Below are positions 39,677-49,026 of a stretch of 64,000 nt of DNA, in pieces. The stretch is from positions 1 through 64,000 of the forward strand of contig CAVPZX010000007.1 in the NCBI GenBank assembly GCA_963710375.1. The letters are read 5' to 3'. The notes under the pieces are model-generated. The model was not told the origin of the DNA. It worked only from the letters and a program-made list of their open reading frames with translations, and did no database searches. How positions within the stretch are numbered: position 1 is the stretch's first letter; every line of letters starts with the position of its first letter. The translations under genes were made by a program, and so were the position numbers. Origin of the DNA: Nitrospirota bacterium (GTDB lineage Bacteria; Nitrospirota; Thermodesulfovibrionia; Thermodesulfovibrionales; Dissulfurispiraceae).

Positions 39677-40883
39677 CATAATGTTTGTCCTTTTTGTTTT
39701 TTTTCTTTTGCCTGGTTGCGGAGGGGGAGGCAGCAGTAGCAGCACCAGCAGTCAAACAGCTAACGTACTTGCTCTCACTGTCAACGGATCGACATGCGAC
39801 TCGTCCATCGGCCCTTATATGAACGAACCATGCGTAAGTGTTACGGTTTGCACCCCCAACACCTCAACCTGTGTGACAATCAATGGCATTTTACTGGATA
39901 CGGGAAGCTACGGACTCAGAATTTTTAAACAGGCACTGGGCAGCGTTTCTCTTACGCAATTGGCATCAGGTTCAGGTTCTCTTGCAGAGTGCGTTCAATA
40001 CGCAGACGGCACGGCTGACTGGGGACCTGTTCAGACTGCGAGTGTCGTTCTGGGGAACGAGTCCGCTGTGCAGGTTCCAATCCAGGTAATAGACTACAAG
40101 TTTCCTACTGTCGCAGTTGCTGACAGTGTATGCCCGGGTTCAGACCAAACTCCGTCTGACACCGGATTCAACGGAATCCTCGGGGTTGGCCCCTTTGACC
40201 AGGACTGTGGTTCGACATGTGTAAATTCCAGTGTTGGGCAGTATTACACATGCAGCGGGTCCCAGTGCAGCGGAACTACGGTACTTCTCAGCAATCAGGT
40301 TTCGAACCCGGTGGCTGCTCTTCCCACTGACAACAATGGGTTGATAGTGGAACTCCCCACTGTTGCTGCCGGCGGTGCTGCTTCGGTGACCGGCTCTCTT
40401 GTGCTCGGGATTGGCACAGAATCTAATAATTCGTCTGCCGGGGTTACTGTGTATACAGTCGATCAGAATGATGAATTTGCCACAACCTTTAGCGGGGTCA
40501 CTTATGCCGATGTGCCTCCCAACTATAGCGGCAGTTTTATCGACACCGGTTCGAACGGGCTTTATTTCCCTTCTCCTACCTCAGGCACTTACAATGGCGA
40601 GCTGCCGGACTGTGGCGGCGTTAATTCCGGCTTTTTCTGCCCCTCGTCAACAACGAACTTTTCCGCCACTATTACTGGAGCCTCCGGCTCTCCGACTGGT
40701 ACTGTCCCGTTCTCGATAGGCAACTTTAACACCCTCGCAAAGTCGGGCAATAACGTGTTCAGCGATATCGGCGCCAATAGTCCCGGTTTCGACTGGGGGC
40801 TTCCGTTCTACTTTGGACGAAACGTGTTTATCGGGTTTGAGAACCCGTCCAACCCTGGCACAGGTCAATATTTCGCGTATTAA
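39663..40883 (+). CDS. DUF3443 family lipoprotein (pepsin-like aspartic protease motifs)
   Basis: Lipobox LPGC, N.P.VSVTVC.P, LLDTGSYGLR, NGILGVG, NPV...DNNG, FIDTGSN, FDWGLPFYFGR. Confidence 0.85.
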   Translation: MKSSSIMFVLFVFFLLPGCGGGGSSSSTSSQTANVLALTVNGSTCDSSIGPYMNEPCVSVTVCTPNTSTCVTINGILLDTGSYGLRIFKQALGSVSLTQLASGSGSLAECVQYADGTADWGPVQTASVVLGNESAVQVPIQVIDYKFPTVAVADSVCPGSDQTPSDTGFNGILGVGPFDQDCGSTCVNSSVGQYYTCSGSQCSGTTVLLSNQVSNPVAALPTDNNGLIVELPTVAAGGAASVTGSLVLGIGTESNNSSAGVTVYTVDQNDEFATTFSGVTYADVPPNYSGSFIDTGSNGLYFPSPTSGTYNGELPDCGGVNSGFFCPSSTTNFSATITGASGSPTGTVPFSIGNFNTLAKSGNNVFSDIGANSPGFDWGLPFYFGRNVFIGFENPSNPGTGQYFAY

Positions 40884-41171
40884 GCATCTTGGCAGCGATT
40901 ATTATCGTCAGGAAATGCGCGGTGCATATGAGAGTCCTCCTATTTCAAATGCATCCCCTGGATTAAGAAGCCCTGCGGTGCCGGGAAAGAATTACCATGA
41001 GCGGAAAAAATATCACTATGCGAACATTTCACCTCGAAAATACAATTGCAAACCGCAAAGTGAAAAGAGAGACTTCCATCAACAAATAAAAACCTGATAT
41101 TCCAGATAGTTATCTGTGCCATGGCTCAAAAACCCTACCTTTGGCTGTGGTTAACTATAGTACTTAATATT

Positions 41172-41187
41172 TGGTATGTTTTTTGCT
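41172..41187 (+). promoter_or_regulatory. sigma54 -24/-12 promoter
   Basis: TGGTAT-N5-TTGCT (GG-N10-GC) upstream of the GGDEF gene. Confidence 0.6.
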
Positions 41188-41231
41188 AGATAAATATAAG
41201 GTGACAGCAATTAAATGAAAAGGGGTCACAT

Positions 41232-42011
41232 ATGGGATTTAACACGATAATAAGAGACCTTGCGAAATACCTGAATCGGATGGTACTCCTGAACATGCTC
41301 TTTCTTGGGCTGACCATCTCGGTTGTCTTTATAGCCCTTGGAGCAGAAAAATTATCAGTAGCGCTGATCACTTCATCAGGAGGATTTATTATCTGCATTG
41401 CCAATTTACTCTTTATAAACCGATATTTTGTGCGTAAAACCGAATCTTCCCTTACAACGTCTTACGACTCGCTCCAGAATGATTATCTTTATGATGACCT
41501 CACAAAGGCTTATAACCGGCGTGCAGGCCTGGTCCGTCTAAATGAGGAATTCGCGCGCGCAAGGAGAAATTGCTCAACTCTGTCGGTCGCCATGGTCGAT
41601 GCCGACCATTTCAAAAACATTAACGATACTTATGGCCATCTGGTAGGCGACAAGGCTTTGATCCACTTAGCATCCATGTTGAGATCAGGGCTTCGGGAAT
41701 GCGACATCCTTGTAAGATATGGGGGAGAAGAGTTCCTGGTCCTTCTTCCTGATACGAGCTGCAGACAGGCTGCCCTGCCTCTTGACCGGCTCCGCTACAG
41801 GCTTGCCGAACAGAAGTTTTTTAATGACAACGCCGAAATAAGGTTATCCATCAGCATAGGCATTGCCACTTTATCTGCTCTCGATAACAATCCGATGGAC
41901 GTGATTGAGCGCGCAGATAAAGCCCTTTATTCAGCCAAGAGATCGGGTCGCAACAGGGTTGTATACGACTGTCAAATGCCTGGATTCAGTCCGGCGTTAA
42001 GCAATGCGTAA
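41232..42011 (+). CDS. membrane-anchored diguanylate cyclase
   Basis: Two TM, D.LT..YNRR, DADHFKNINDTYGH..GD, RxxD I-site (RECD), RYGGEEF. Confidence 0.92.
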   Translation: MGFNTIIRDLAKYLNRMVLLNMLFLGLTISVVFIALGAEKLSVALITSSGGFIICIANLLFINRYFVRKTESSLTTSYDSLQNDYLYDDLTKAYNRRAGLVRLNEEFARARRNCSTLSVAMVDADHFKNINDTYGHLVGDKALIHLASMLRSGLRECDILVRYGGEEFLVLLPDTSCRQAALPLDRLRYRLAEQKFFNDNAEIRLSISIGIATLSALDNNPMDVIERADKALYSAKRSGRNRVVYDCQMPGFSPALSNA

Positions 42012-42106
42012 TTACTCGATAACTCCACATCGCTCCTGACATAGATCATTAATTCTTCTTGTCCCAAACAATACAATCAATCCTGTACTGTCTGAATTGA
42101 AGATGA

Positions 42107-42139
42107 ATACTTGACAAAATCAGTAGGCCATTATAGCAT
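42107..42139 (+). promoter_or_regulatory. sigma70 promoter with overlapping IscR type-1-like operator
   Basis: TTGACA-N17-TAGCAT; ATACTTGACAAAATCAGTAGGCCAT resembles the IscR type-1 site. Confidence 0.65.
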
Positions 42140-42145
42140 ATTTAC

Positions 42146-42613
42146 ATGCTGCGATTATCGACAAAAGGACAGTATGGAGTCAGGGCTATGTATGAAATAG
42201 CGCGTGGATACCCTGATAAGCCGGTCACTATAAAAGAGATATCCGATGAACAGGCTGTCTCTGTCCCCTATCTTGAGCAGATATTGAACAAGCTCAGGAA
42301 AGCAGGATTGATCAGGAGCGTAAAAGGGCCGGGCGGAGGTTATCTTTTAAACAAAGGGCCGGAAGAAATAAGCATTGCATCTATCGTGAGCGAGCTTGAA
42401 GGACCTGTTGCGATTACATCTTGTCTTAATCCTGAAGAAGGGTGCATAAGGGTTGACAACTGTGTTACTCACCTGCTGTGGAAGGCGCTTGGTGAACAAA
42501 TAGAAGCTTTTCTGGAAACAATAACATTACAAAACCTGATGTCAGGTGATGTTTATACTATCAAAAAGAAAATTCGGGTTAATGCAGGCAAGATGCCCAG
42601 GGCGACGATATGA
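42146..42613 (+). CDS. iscR: Rrf2 family Fe-S regulator, IscR-like
   Basis: LSTKGQYG, YLEQI..KL..AGL..S..GPGGGY, three Cys plus His (C..C..CVTH). Confidence 0.88.
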   Translation: MLRLSTKGQYGVRAMYEIARGYPDKPVTIKEISDEQAVSVPYLEQILNKLRKAGLIRSVKGPGGGYLLNKGPEEISIASIVSELEGPVAITSCLNPEEGCIRVDNCVTHLLWKALGEQIEAFLETITLQNLMSGDVYTIKKKIRVNAGKMPRATI

Positions 42614-42900
42614 AGTTTGTTCACGGAGTCAAGGCGGATATTACTGCTGATATCGTATACATGATGTGCCCGATGCATCTCCTTAAACTCGAAGAGATGA
42701 TCAGAGGGCTTGACGAGGGCCAGGTGCTTGAGATACTTACCGACTATGATGGCGCGCTGGAGGATATCCCTCAATGGTGCGATCGTACAGGAAACGAATT
42801 TATCGGACTGGATGAGGATGAGGACTATTACAGATTTTATATAAAGAAAAAAAGCAAGGACGCAGGTGATGGGAAAGAAAAAAAGGAGAACATATCATGA
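42610..42900 (+). CDS. TusA family sulfur carrier
   Basis: MCPMH (CPxP-like), GQVLEILTD..A.EDIP.WC. Confidence 0.85.
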   Translation: MKFVHGVKADITADIVYMMCPMHLLKLEEMIRGLDEGQVLEILTDYDGALEDIPQWCDRTGNEFIGLDEDEDYYRFYIKKKSKDAGDGKEKKENIS

Positions 42901-44096
42901 GAAGGTGTTATTTTGATCATGTTGCCACAAATCCGTTGCATCCGGAAGTGCTTGATGCAATGATGCCTTATTTCAAAGACGATTTTGGAAACCCTTTGAG
43001 TGTTTATGACCTTGGTATGTCTGCTCGGGACGCCATAGAAAAGGCCCGGCAACAGGTGGCGGGCCTGATAAATGCAAAACCTCCCACAGTGGTCTTTACC
43101 TCAAGCGGCGCAGAAGCCAATAATTTTGCACTCAGGGGAATTGCCTTTGCCAGCCAGAACAAGGGCAAACATGTAATAGTTTCAAAGGTCGAGCACCACT
43201 CAATTCTTAATGCGGCGCGCTTTCTCGAAAAAAACGGTTTTGTCGTTACTTATTTGCCGGTCGATAAACATGGCATTGTCGATCCCGAAACGGTAAAAAA
43301 ATCACTTAGCAAGGAGACTGTTCTTATTTCAGTGACTCACGCGAGCAGCGAGATCGGCAGCATAGAGCCCATTCGTGAGATAGCAAAGGTTGCGAAAGAG
43401 AGGGGCATAGTCATGCATGCTGACGGCGTTGCAACGTCCGGAAATATTCCTGTTGACGTTAAGGAGCTTGGCGTGGATCTTCTCAGCATGGCTGCGCACC
43501 AGTTCTACGGTCCTAAAGGCGCCGGTGCTCTTTATGTAAGGGAGGGTTTGCGAATTGCGCCGCTGATTTACGGCGGAATTCAGGAAGGCGGCAGAAGGGC
43601 GGGCACCGAGAATGTGCCTGCGATAGTGGGTATGGGTAAGGCTGCCGAGATGGCGGTGCAGGAAATGCCTGGCAGAATGGAGCACTGCAGGCAACTGAGG
43701 GATGCTTTGATCGGGGGTGTGCTGAAGTTGCCGAACGTGTATCTTACAGGGCATAACGAAGTCAGGCTTCCGCACCATGCTAGCTTTGTTGTTGAATTTA
43801 TTGAGGGTGAATCCATGATCCTGATGCTGTCGATGAAGGGAATATTGTCTGCAAGCGGCTCTGCATGCTCTTCCAGGGCGTTGAAGTCCTCGCCTGTTTT
43901 GCTCTCGCTTGGCATCCCATCAGCGCTTGCACAAGGGTCTATCGTCTTCAGCCTCGGCATGGACAACTCTATGGAGGATATAAATTACTTCCTTGAGGAA
44001 TTTCCTCAGGTGGTCAAAAAATTGCGTGACATGTCTCCTTTCTCAAAAGGATGGGGCTCAGATAGCCAGGGAGAGGCGTGTTACACAGGAGGTTAG
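42897..44096 (+). CDS. iscS: cysteine desulfurase IscS/NifS
   Basis: YFDH.AT, GNP.S, EHHS, RAGTEN, SGSACSS; the usual PLP HKxYGPKG motif reads HQFYGPKG. Confidence 0.85.
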   Translation: MRRCYFDHVATNPLHPEVLDAMMPYFKDDFGNPLSVYDLGMSARDAIEKARQQVAGLINAKPPTVVFTSSGAEANNFALRGIAFASQNKGKHVIVSKVEHHSILNAARFLEKNGFVVTYLPVDKHGIVDPETVKKSLSKETVLISVTHASSEIGSIEPIREIAKVAKERGIVMHADGVATSGNIPVDVKELGVDLLSMAAHQFYGPKGAGALYVREGLRIAPLIYGGIQEGGRRAGTENVPAIVGMGKAAEMAVQEMPGRMEHCRQLRDALIGGVLKLPNVYLTGHNEVRLPHHASFVVEFIEGESMILMLSMKGILSASGSACSSRALKSSPVLLSLGIPSALAQGSIVFSLGMDNSMEDINYFLEEFPQVVKKLRDMSPFSKGWGSDSQGEACYTGG

Positions 44097-44099
44097 ACT

Positions 44100-44471
44100 A
44101 TGTATTCTCAAAAAGTGATGGACCATTTTATGAATCCGAGGAACGTGGGTGAGATTCCGAATGCTGACGGTGTTGGCATGGAGGGGAACCCTGTATGCGG
44201 GGACTCCATGCAGATTTTCATAAAAGTCGAAAATGACCGCATTATTGATGCTAAATTCAGGACATTCGGGTGTGGTTCGGCCATAGCCGTCAGCAGTATG
44301 ATTACGGAGCTGGTGAAGGGGAAGACACTTGACGAGGCGCTGAGCATCTCAAAAGAGACCGTTGCCGAGGAACTGGGAGGACTGCCGCCGCAAAAGATGC
44401 ATTGCTCAAATCTCGGTGCAGATGCCTTGAAAAAGGCGATAGAGGACTACAGGAGCAAGAAAAAATCTTGA
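44100..44471 (+). CDS. iscU: Fe-S scaffold IscU/NifU-N
   Basis: YSQKVMDHF.NPRNVG, CGD, FGCGSAIA, LPPQKMHCSNL. Confidence 0.94.
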   Translation: MYSQKVMDHFMNPRNVGEIPNADGVGMEGNPVCGDSMQIFIKVENDRIIDAKFRTFGCGSAIAVSSMITELVKGKTLDEALSISKETVAEELGGLPPQKMHCSNLGADALKKAIEDYRSKKKS

Positions 44472-44496
44472 CAAAATTACTGTTTACTTCTAAAAT
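44468..44496 (+). promoter_or_regulatory. sigma70 promoter
   Basis: TTGACA-N17-TAAAAT. Confidence 0.7.
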
Positions 44497-44559
44497 CTGT
44501 GGACTGTTGCTGCAAGGGTATTACAGTTGGGTTGACTGCGTTTCTGGAGGAAACAGATC

Positions 44560-45492
44560 ATGATACCATCTAAGCTGCTTTTGGCTGATGACAGCCTTAC
44601 CATTCAGAAGGTTGTTGAGTTGGTACTTGCTGATGAGCATTTTGAAATAAAGACGTGCAACGATGGAGAACAGGCCCTTGCCGCGATTGAATCATTCGGC
44701 CCCAATATAGTGCTTGCGGACATTGAAATGCCCAAATTGAACGGCTATCAACTCTGTGAAAAAATCAAGAAGAATTCTGCGACTGCTCATCTGCCGGTCA
44801 TCCTTCTTGCAGGCGCGTTTGAACCCTTTGATGAAAATTATGCAAAATCGGTCGGAGCAGACGATTACATTATAAAACCTTTTGAATCCCAGGAATTAAT
44901 CAGCAAGGTCAAATCTCTTCTTATCAACGCCGGACCGGCACTTGCCGGGGCGCCTGAAGCCTTTGCTGTTCAGCAGGAAGTAGCACAACCTTCTTTCGTT
45001 GAAGAGCCCACATGGGACGAGGCGATGCCGGTTGTGGGAGAGGAAAAAAGCGAAGATAAAGAGATAGCTGATATTGGATATGAGGCAAAGGAGACCTTTG
45101 CATCAACGGGTAAGGGTTTTGAAGAGGAGATGGCGGAGGCATTAAAAGAGGAGACGCCTCAGGCGTCCGGTATCAGCGGGAATATCGATGCACTTGCCTT
45201 ACCTTCTAAAGAAGAAATCCTCGAGATCGTGAGTCGGTCTGTTGAGAAGAGGATCTCGGATATCATTGACAGTGACAGTATCTCGGCGCTTTCTGCTGCA
45301 ATGAAAGAGGTGGTTTCCGCGACTTTGGCGCAAGATGCGCCAAAGATCATCGAGGATGTGACAAAAGAACTTGTAATGGAAATGATGCAATCTCTGCGCG
45401 GTGAAATTATGGCGGTGATCGAAAGGGTTGTTCCTGAAGTGGCGGAGACGGTCATAAAAAGAGAGATTGAAAAAATTACTGCAGAGCACTGA
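44560..45492 (+). CDS. RomR-like response regulator (REC, acidic linker, helical C-terminus)
   Basis: LADDSLTIQKVV, GAFEPFDE, KPFESQ, C-terminal VVPEVAETVIKREIEKI; upstream of valS. Confidence 0.8.
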   Translation: MIPSKLLLADDSLTIQKVVELVLADEHFEIKTCNDGEQALAAIESFGPNIVLADIEMPKLNGYQLCEKIKKNSATAHLPVILLAGAFEPFDENYAKSVGADDYIIKPFESQELISKVKSLLINAGPALAGAPEAFAVQQEVAQPSFVEEPTWDEAMPVVGEEKSEDKEIADIGYEAKETFASTGKGFEEEMAEALKEETPQASGISGNIDALALPSKEEILEIVSRSVEKRISDIIDSDSISALSAAMKEVVSATLAQDAPKIIEDVTKELVMEMMQSLRGEIMAVIERVVPEVAETVIKREIEKITAEH

Positions 45493-45559
45493 AAAATTGT
45501 TTTGTAAAATTCCCTGCGCCCTTAGCTTGTAGTCAAATAGTATCTATTAACGTGTAACA

Positions 45560-48373
45560 ATGCTTGAGATAAAACAGAACTATAACCCTGACGATATTGA
45601 GGACAAATGGTACACTCTCTGGGAGTCCAGCGGATATTTCAAACCGGACCCCGGCGTTGACAAACCCCCATTCTGTATAGTTATACCTCCGCCTAATGTT
45701 ACCGGTTCCCTTCACATGGGTCATGCGCTCAACGCTACGCTGCAGGACATACTTGCCAGGTGGAAAAGGATGTCCGGATATAATGTGCTTTGGGTCCCGG
45801 GCACTGACCACGCAGGTATAGCAACTCAGAATGTGGTGGAAAGAGAGCTTGCGAGAGAGGGGCTGAACAGATATGAGCTTGGCAGAGACGCCTTTATCGA
45901 AAGGATATGGCAATGGAAAGCCGAATACGGAGGAAAAATAATTCACCAGCTTAAGAAGCTGGGCGCTTCGTGTGATTGGTCGAGAGAACGCTTCACCCTT
46001 GATGAGGGTCTGTCCAGGGCGGTACGAGAGGTGTTTGTAAGGCTTTTTGAAGAGGGACTGGTATACCGTGACAACCGGTTAATCAACTGGTGCCCGCGCT
46101 GCCATACCGCATTATCTGATCTTGAAGTGGAATATGAAGAAATTGACGGGGCCCTCTATTATATAAAGTACCCGCTGACCGATGCCGCAGGGTATATAAC
46201 TGTTGCCACTACAAGACCAGAGACAATGCTCGGCGATACGGCGGTAGCAGTGAATCCAGAAGATGAACGATACCTGAGGCTGATAGGCAAGGCTATAGAG
46301 CTTCCGTTTACTGGAAGGACCATACCCATAATAGCCGATCAATTGGTTGAATCCTCATTCGGGACCGGGGCTGTCAAGGTGACGCCGGCCCATGACTTTA
46401 ATGATGAGGCAATGGGAAAACGCCATGGCCTCCCTTCCATAAGCGTTATTACCGAAGACGGTCATATGAGCGCAGAAGCAGGAGAAGCGTGCAGGGGCCT
46501 CGACCGGTACGAATGCAGAAAGAAACTGCTTGGCAGCCTGAAAGACATGGGATTGCTTGCAGGAGAAAAAAAGCACCGGCATGCGGTCGGCCACTGCTAC
46601 CGCTGCAAAACAGTCATCGAGCCGCTCCTGACTATCCAGTGGTATGTCAAAATAGAATCGCTTGCGTCCAGGGCGGTGAAAGCGGTCGGGGACGGAGAGA
46701 CAAAACTAATTCCATCTTCATGGGACAATAATTACTTTGCATGGATGCGGGACATTAAAGACTGGTGTATTTCGCGGCAGATATGGTGGGGCCACCGTAT
46801 ACCGGTCTGGTACTGTCCTGGTTGCAGCACTAAAGATGGGCGCACACAGGGTGCGATGATCGAGCATATTTTTTTCAGGACTGTGATACTCTCCGGCAAA
46901 ACAGTTGCAGGAGGCACTTACGCTGATTTGCGGTCACAAGGCATGAGCCATGACGAGATTCTCAGGAACTCTAAAATAATACGTGTAACGAAAGAGGTAA
47001 TTCCCCATTGCGGGAGAGAAGACATAAAGGAATGCCCTTTATGCGGGAGCGGCCATGTTATTCGTGACCCAGACGTTCTCGATACATGGTTTTCATCGGC
47101 GCTTTGGCCGTTTTCCACTCTGGGTTGGCCTGACGCGACCGCTGATTTGAAAACATTTTATCCCACCAGTGTTCTTGTCACCGGTTTCGATATTCTCTTT
47201 TTCTGGGTGGCGCGCATGCTCATGATGGGGTTGAAATGCATGGGTGAGGTACCGTTCACAGATGTTTACATTCACGCCCTCGTGCGCGATGCCAAGGGGC
47301 AGAAAATGAGCAAATCAAAGGGTAATGTAGTTGATCCGCTGGTTATGACAGGAAAATACGGCGCCGACGCCTTCAGATTTTCTCTTGCCGCTTTTGCGGC
47401 CCAGGGGAGGGATGTAAGATTTTCGGAAGAGCGGCTGGAGGGCTACAGGCATTTTATAAATAAGCTCTGGAATGCCGCCAAATTTATTGTCAAAAACGAA
47501 CAGGTATGGGACAGAAAGGAACCATATGCTTATGGTGCAACCCTGGATGTTGCGAGCAGATGGATACTAAGCAGGCTGGCATTTACCGTTAGTGAGGTCA
47601 ACAGGAATCTAGGGAATTACCGTTTCAATGACGCTGCCGGCAGCGTCTATCATTTTATATGGCATGAATTCTGCGACTGGTACCTCGAAATAACAAAGCC
47701 CACACTTTATCAGGAGGACAGCGAGGAGAAGACTGCGATTGTTTCGTGCCTGTTTTTTGTACTTGAGCAGAGCCTTAAATTATTGCATCCATTTATCCCT
47801 TTTGTCACCGAGGAGTTATGGCGCAATTTATTTGACCGCGAATCGTCATTGATGCGCGTGAGCTATCCCGCGGAGCTGCCGCGATTTCCTGACGCGGAGC
47901 GGCAGATGGAGATATTGCTCAATGCCGTAACAGGAATACGAAGCGTAAGGGGGGAGTTGAACATAGCCCCTTCTGTGGAGATCAGGGCGGATATCAAGAC
48001 ACTTTCAAAAGAGGTTGAAGATGTTCTGGAAAACAATCTGGTGTCAATAAAAAAATTGACGAGATGCGGGGAGCTTAACACCGGACCGGGCATTCAGAGG
48101 GTCGAGGGTTCCGCAGTCGCTGTTCATGAAGGGATGGAAGTGTATATCCCTCTGAGTGGATTGCTCGATGTCGGTTCTGAGGTCAAAAGGCTCCAGAAGG
48201 AAATGGACAAAATCGACGAGGCGTTGCGGTTTTTGAATAAAAAGCTGCTTAATGAGGATTTCTTAAATAACGCCCCTAAGAATGTCCTCGAAAAAGATAA
48301 GACGAAGCATGACGAGCTTTTGACCAGGAGAGCTAAGCTCGATGAGAACATGAATCTCCTGAAAACTATTTAG
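45560..48373 (+). CDS. valS: valine--tRNA ligase
   Basis: PPPNVTGSLHMGH, DWCISRQIWWGH, DVLDTWFSS, KMSKS, C-terminal coiled coil. Confidence 0.98.
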   Translation: MLEIKQNYNPDDIEDKWYTLWESSGYFKPDPGVDKPPFCIVIPPPNVTGSLHMGHALNATLQDILARWKRMSGYNVLWVPGTDHAGIATQNVVERELAREGLNRYELGRDAFIERIWQWKAEYGGKIIHQLKKLGASCDWSRERFTLDEGLSRAVREVFVRLFEEGLVYRDNRLINWCPRCHTALSDLEVEYEEIDGALYYIKYPLTDAAGYITVATTRPETMLGDTAVAVNPEDERYLRLIGKAIELPFTGRTIPIIADQLVESSFGTGAVKVTPAHDFNDEAMGKRHGLPSISVITEDGHMSAEAGEACRGLDRYECRKKLLGSLKDMGLLAGEKKHRHAVGHCYRCKTVIEPLLTIQWYVKIESLASRAVKAVGDGETKLIPSSWDNNYFAWMRDIKDWCISRQIWWGHRIPVWYCPGCSTKDGRTQGAMIEHIFFRTVILSGKTVAGGTYADLRSQGMSHDEILRNSKIIRVTKEVIPHCGREDIKECPLCGSGHVIRDPDVLDTWFSSALWPFSTLGWPDATADLKTFYPTSVLVTGFDILFFWVARMLMMGLKCMGEVPFTDVYIHALVRDAKGQKMSKSKGNVVDPLVMTGKYGADAFRFSLAAFAAQGRDVRFSEERLEGYRHFINKLWNAAKFIVKNEQVWDRKEPYAYGATLDVASRWILSRLAFTVSEVNRNLGNYRFNDAAGSVYHFIWHEFCDWYLEITKPTLYQEDSEEKTAIVSCLFFVLEQSLKLLHPFIPFVTEELWRNLFDRESSLMRVSYPAELPRFPDAERQMEILLNAVTGIRSVRGELNIAPSVEIRADIKTLSKEVEDVLENNLVSIKKLTRCGELNTGPGIQRVEGSAVAVHEGMEVYIPLSGLLDVGSEVKRLQKEMDKIDEALRFLNKKLLNEDFLNNAPKNVLEKDKTKHDELLTRRAKLDENMNLLKTI

Positions 48374-48386
48374 AAAAACAAAGCGA

Positions 48387-48513
48387 ACCACAGAGACACA
48401 GAGACACGGAGAAAATAATTTATTATTCAAAAAGAAAAATTAAAAATTAATGAAGACCTCATTTTTTCACTTTATTAACTGTGATTTTCTCTGTGTCTCT
48501 GTGTCTCTGTGGT
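48387..48513. repeat. 30-bp terminal inverted repeats built of CACAGAGA units
   Basis: ACCACAGAGACACAGAGACACGGAGAAAAT ... ATTTTCTCTGTGTCTCTGTGTCTCTGTGGT (29/30 match), AT-rich interior. Confidence 0.8.
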
Positions 48514-48538
48514 AAAATTTAAGGGGGAGGGGGCTGCG

Positions 48539-49021
48539 ATGGAAAAAGAGATGATGGATATAGAAAGCAAAAGCCTGGACCTTGTTGAGGCCGAATTTAT
48601 CACTATTAAACAAAGTACAGTCAGGGCCGTAGACGGAGGTAACATTGAGTTGCAGCAGGTAGGTGCGCTGAGCATTGACGGCGAGCGTGTTGAGGTGACC
48701 CAGGGGGCCGCATTACTCATGAAGGGGGAAACACTTACCCTGAACCAGAGCATCGGGGTATTGGCCGCAGGCGGCACGACAAACCTTAACTTCTCATTTA
48801 CGCCGGTCGCTGTGGCTTCCGGAGAAATTAATGCGAATAAGAGCGCTGTTGGGATTCTGGCCGGCAATCAGGTCAACGCCAATAACAGCACCGCCATTCT
48901 CATGATCGGCAAAGATATAGACGGTACGGTGACCACGCTTCTGGATTGGCGCAGCGCGCTTGCCATCGGAGCTGTCGCAGGCGGCATCTTCGGACTTTTT
49001 TCTCTATTCAGAGGGCGCTGA
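48539..49021 (+). CDS. hypothetical protein (possible beta-solenoid, C-terminal TM)
   Basis: Quasi-periodic Q.ga..I.G...V segments; hydrophobic tail. Confidence 0.7.
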   Translation: MEKEMMDIESKSLDLVEAEFITIKQSTVRAVDGGNIELQQVGALSIDGERVEVTQGAALLMKGETLTLNQSIGVLAAGGTTNLNFSFTPVAVASGEINANKSAVGILAGNQVNANNSTAILMIGKDIDGTVTTLLDWRSALAIGAVAGGIFGLFSLFRGR

Positions 49022-49026
49022 AAACA

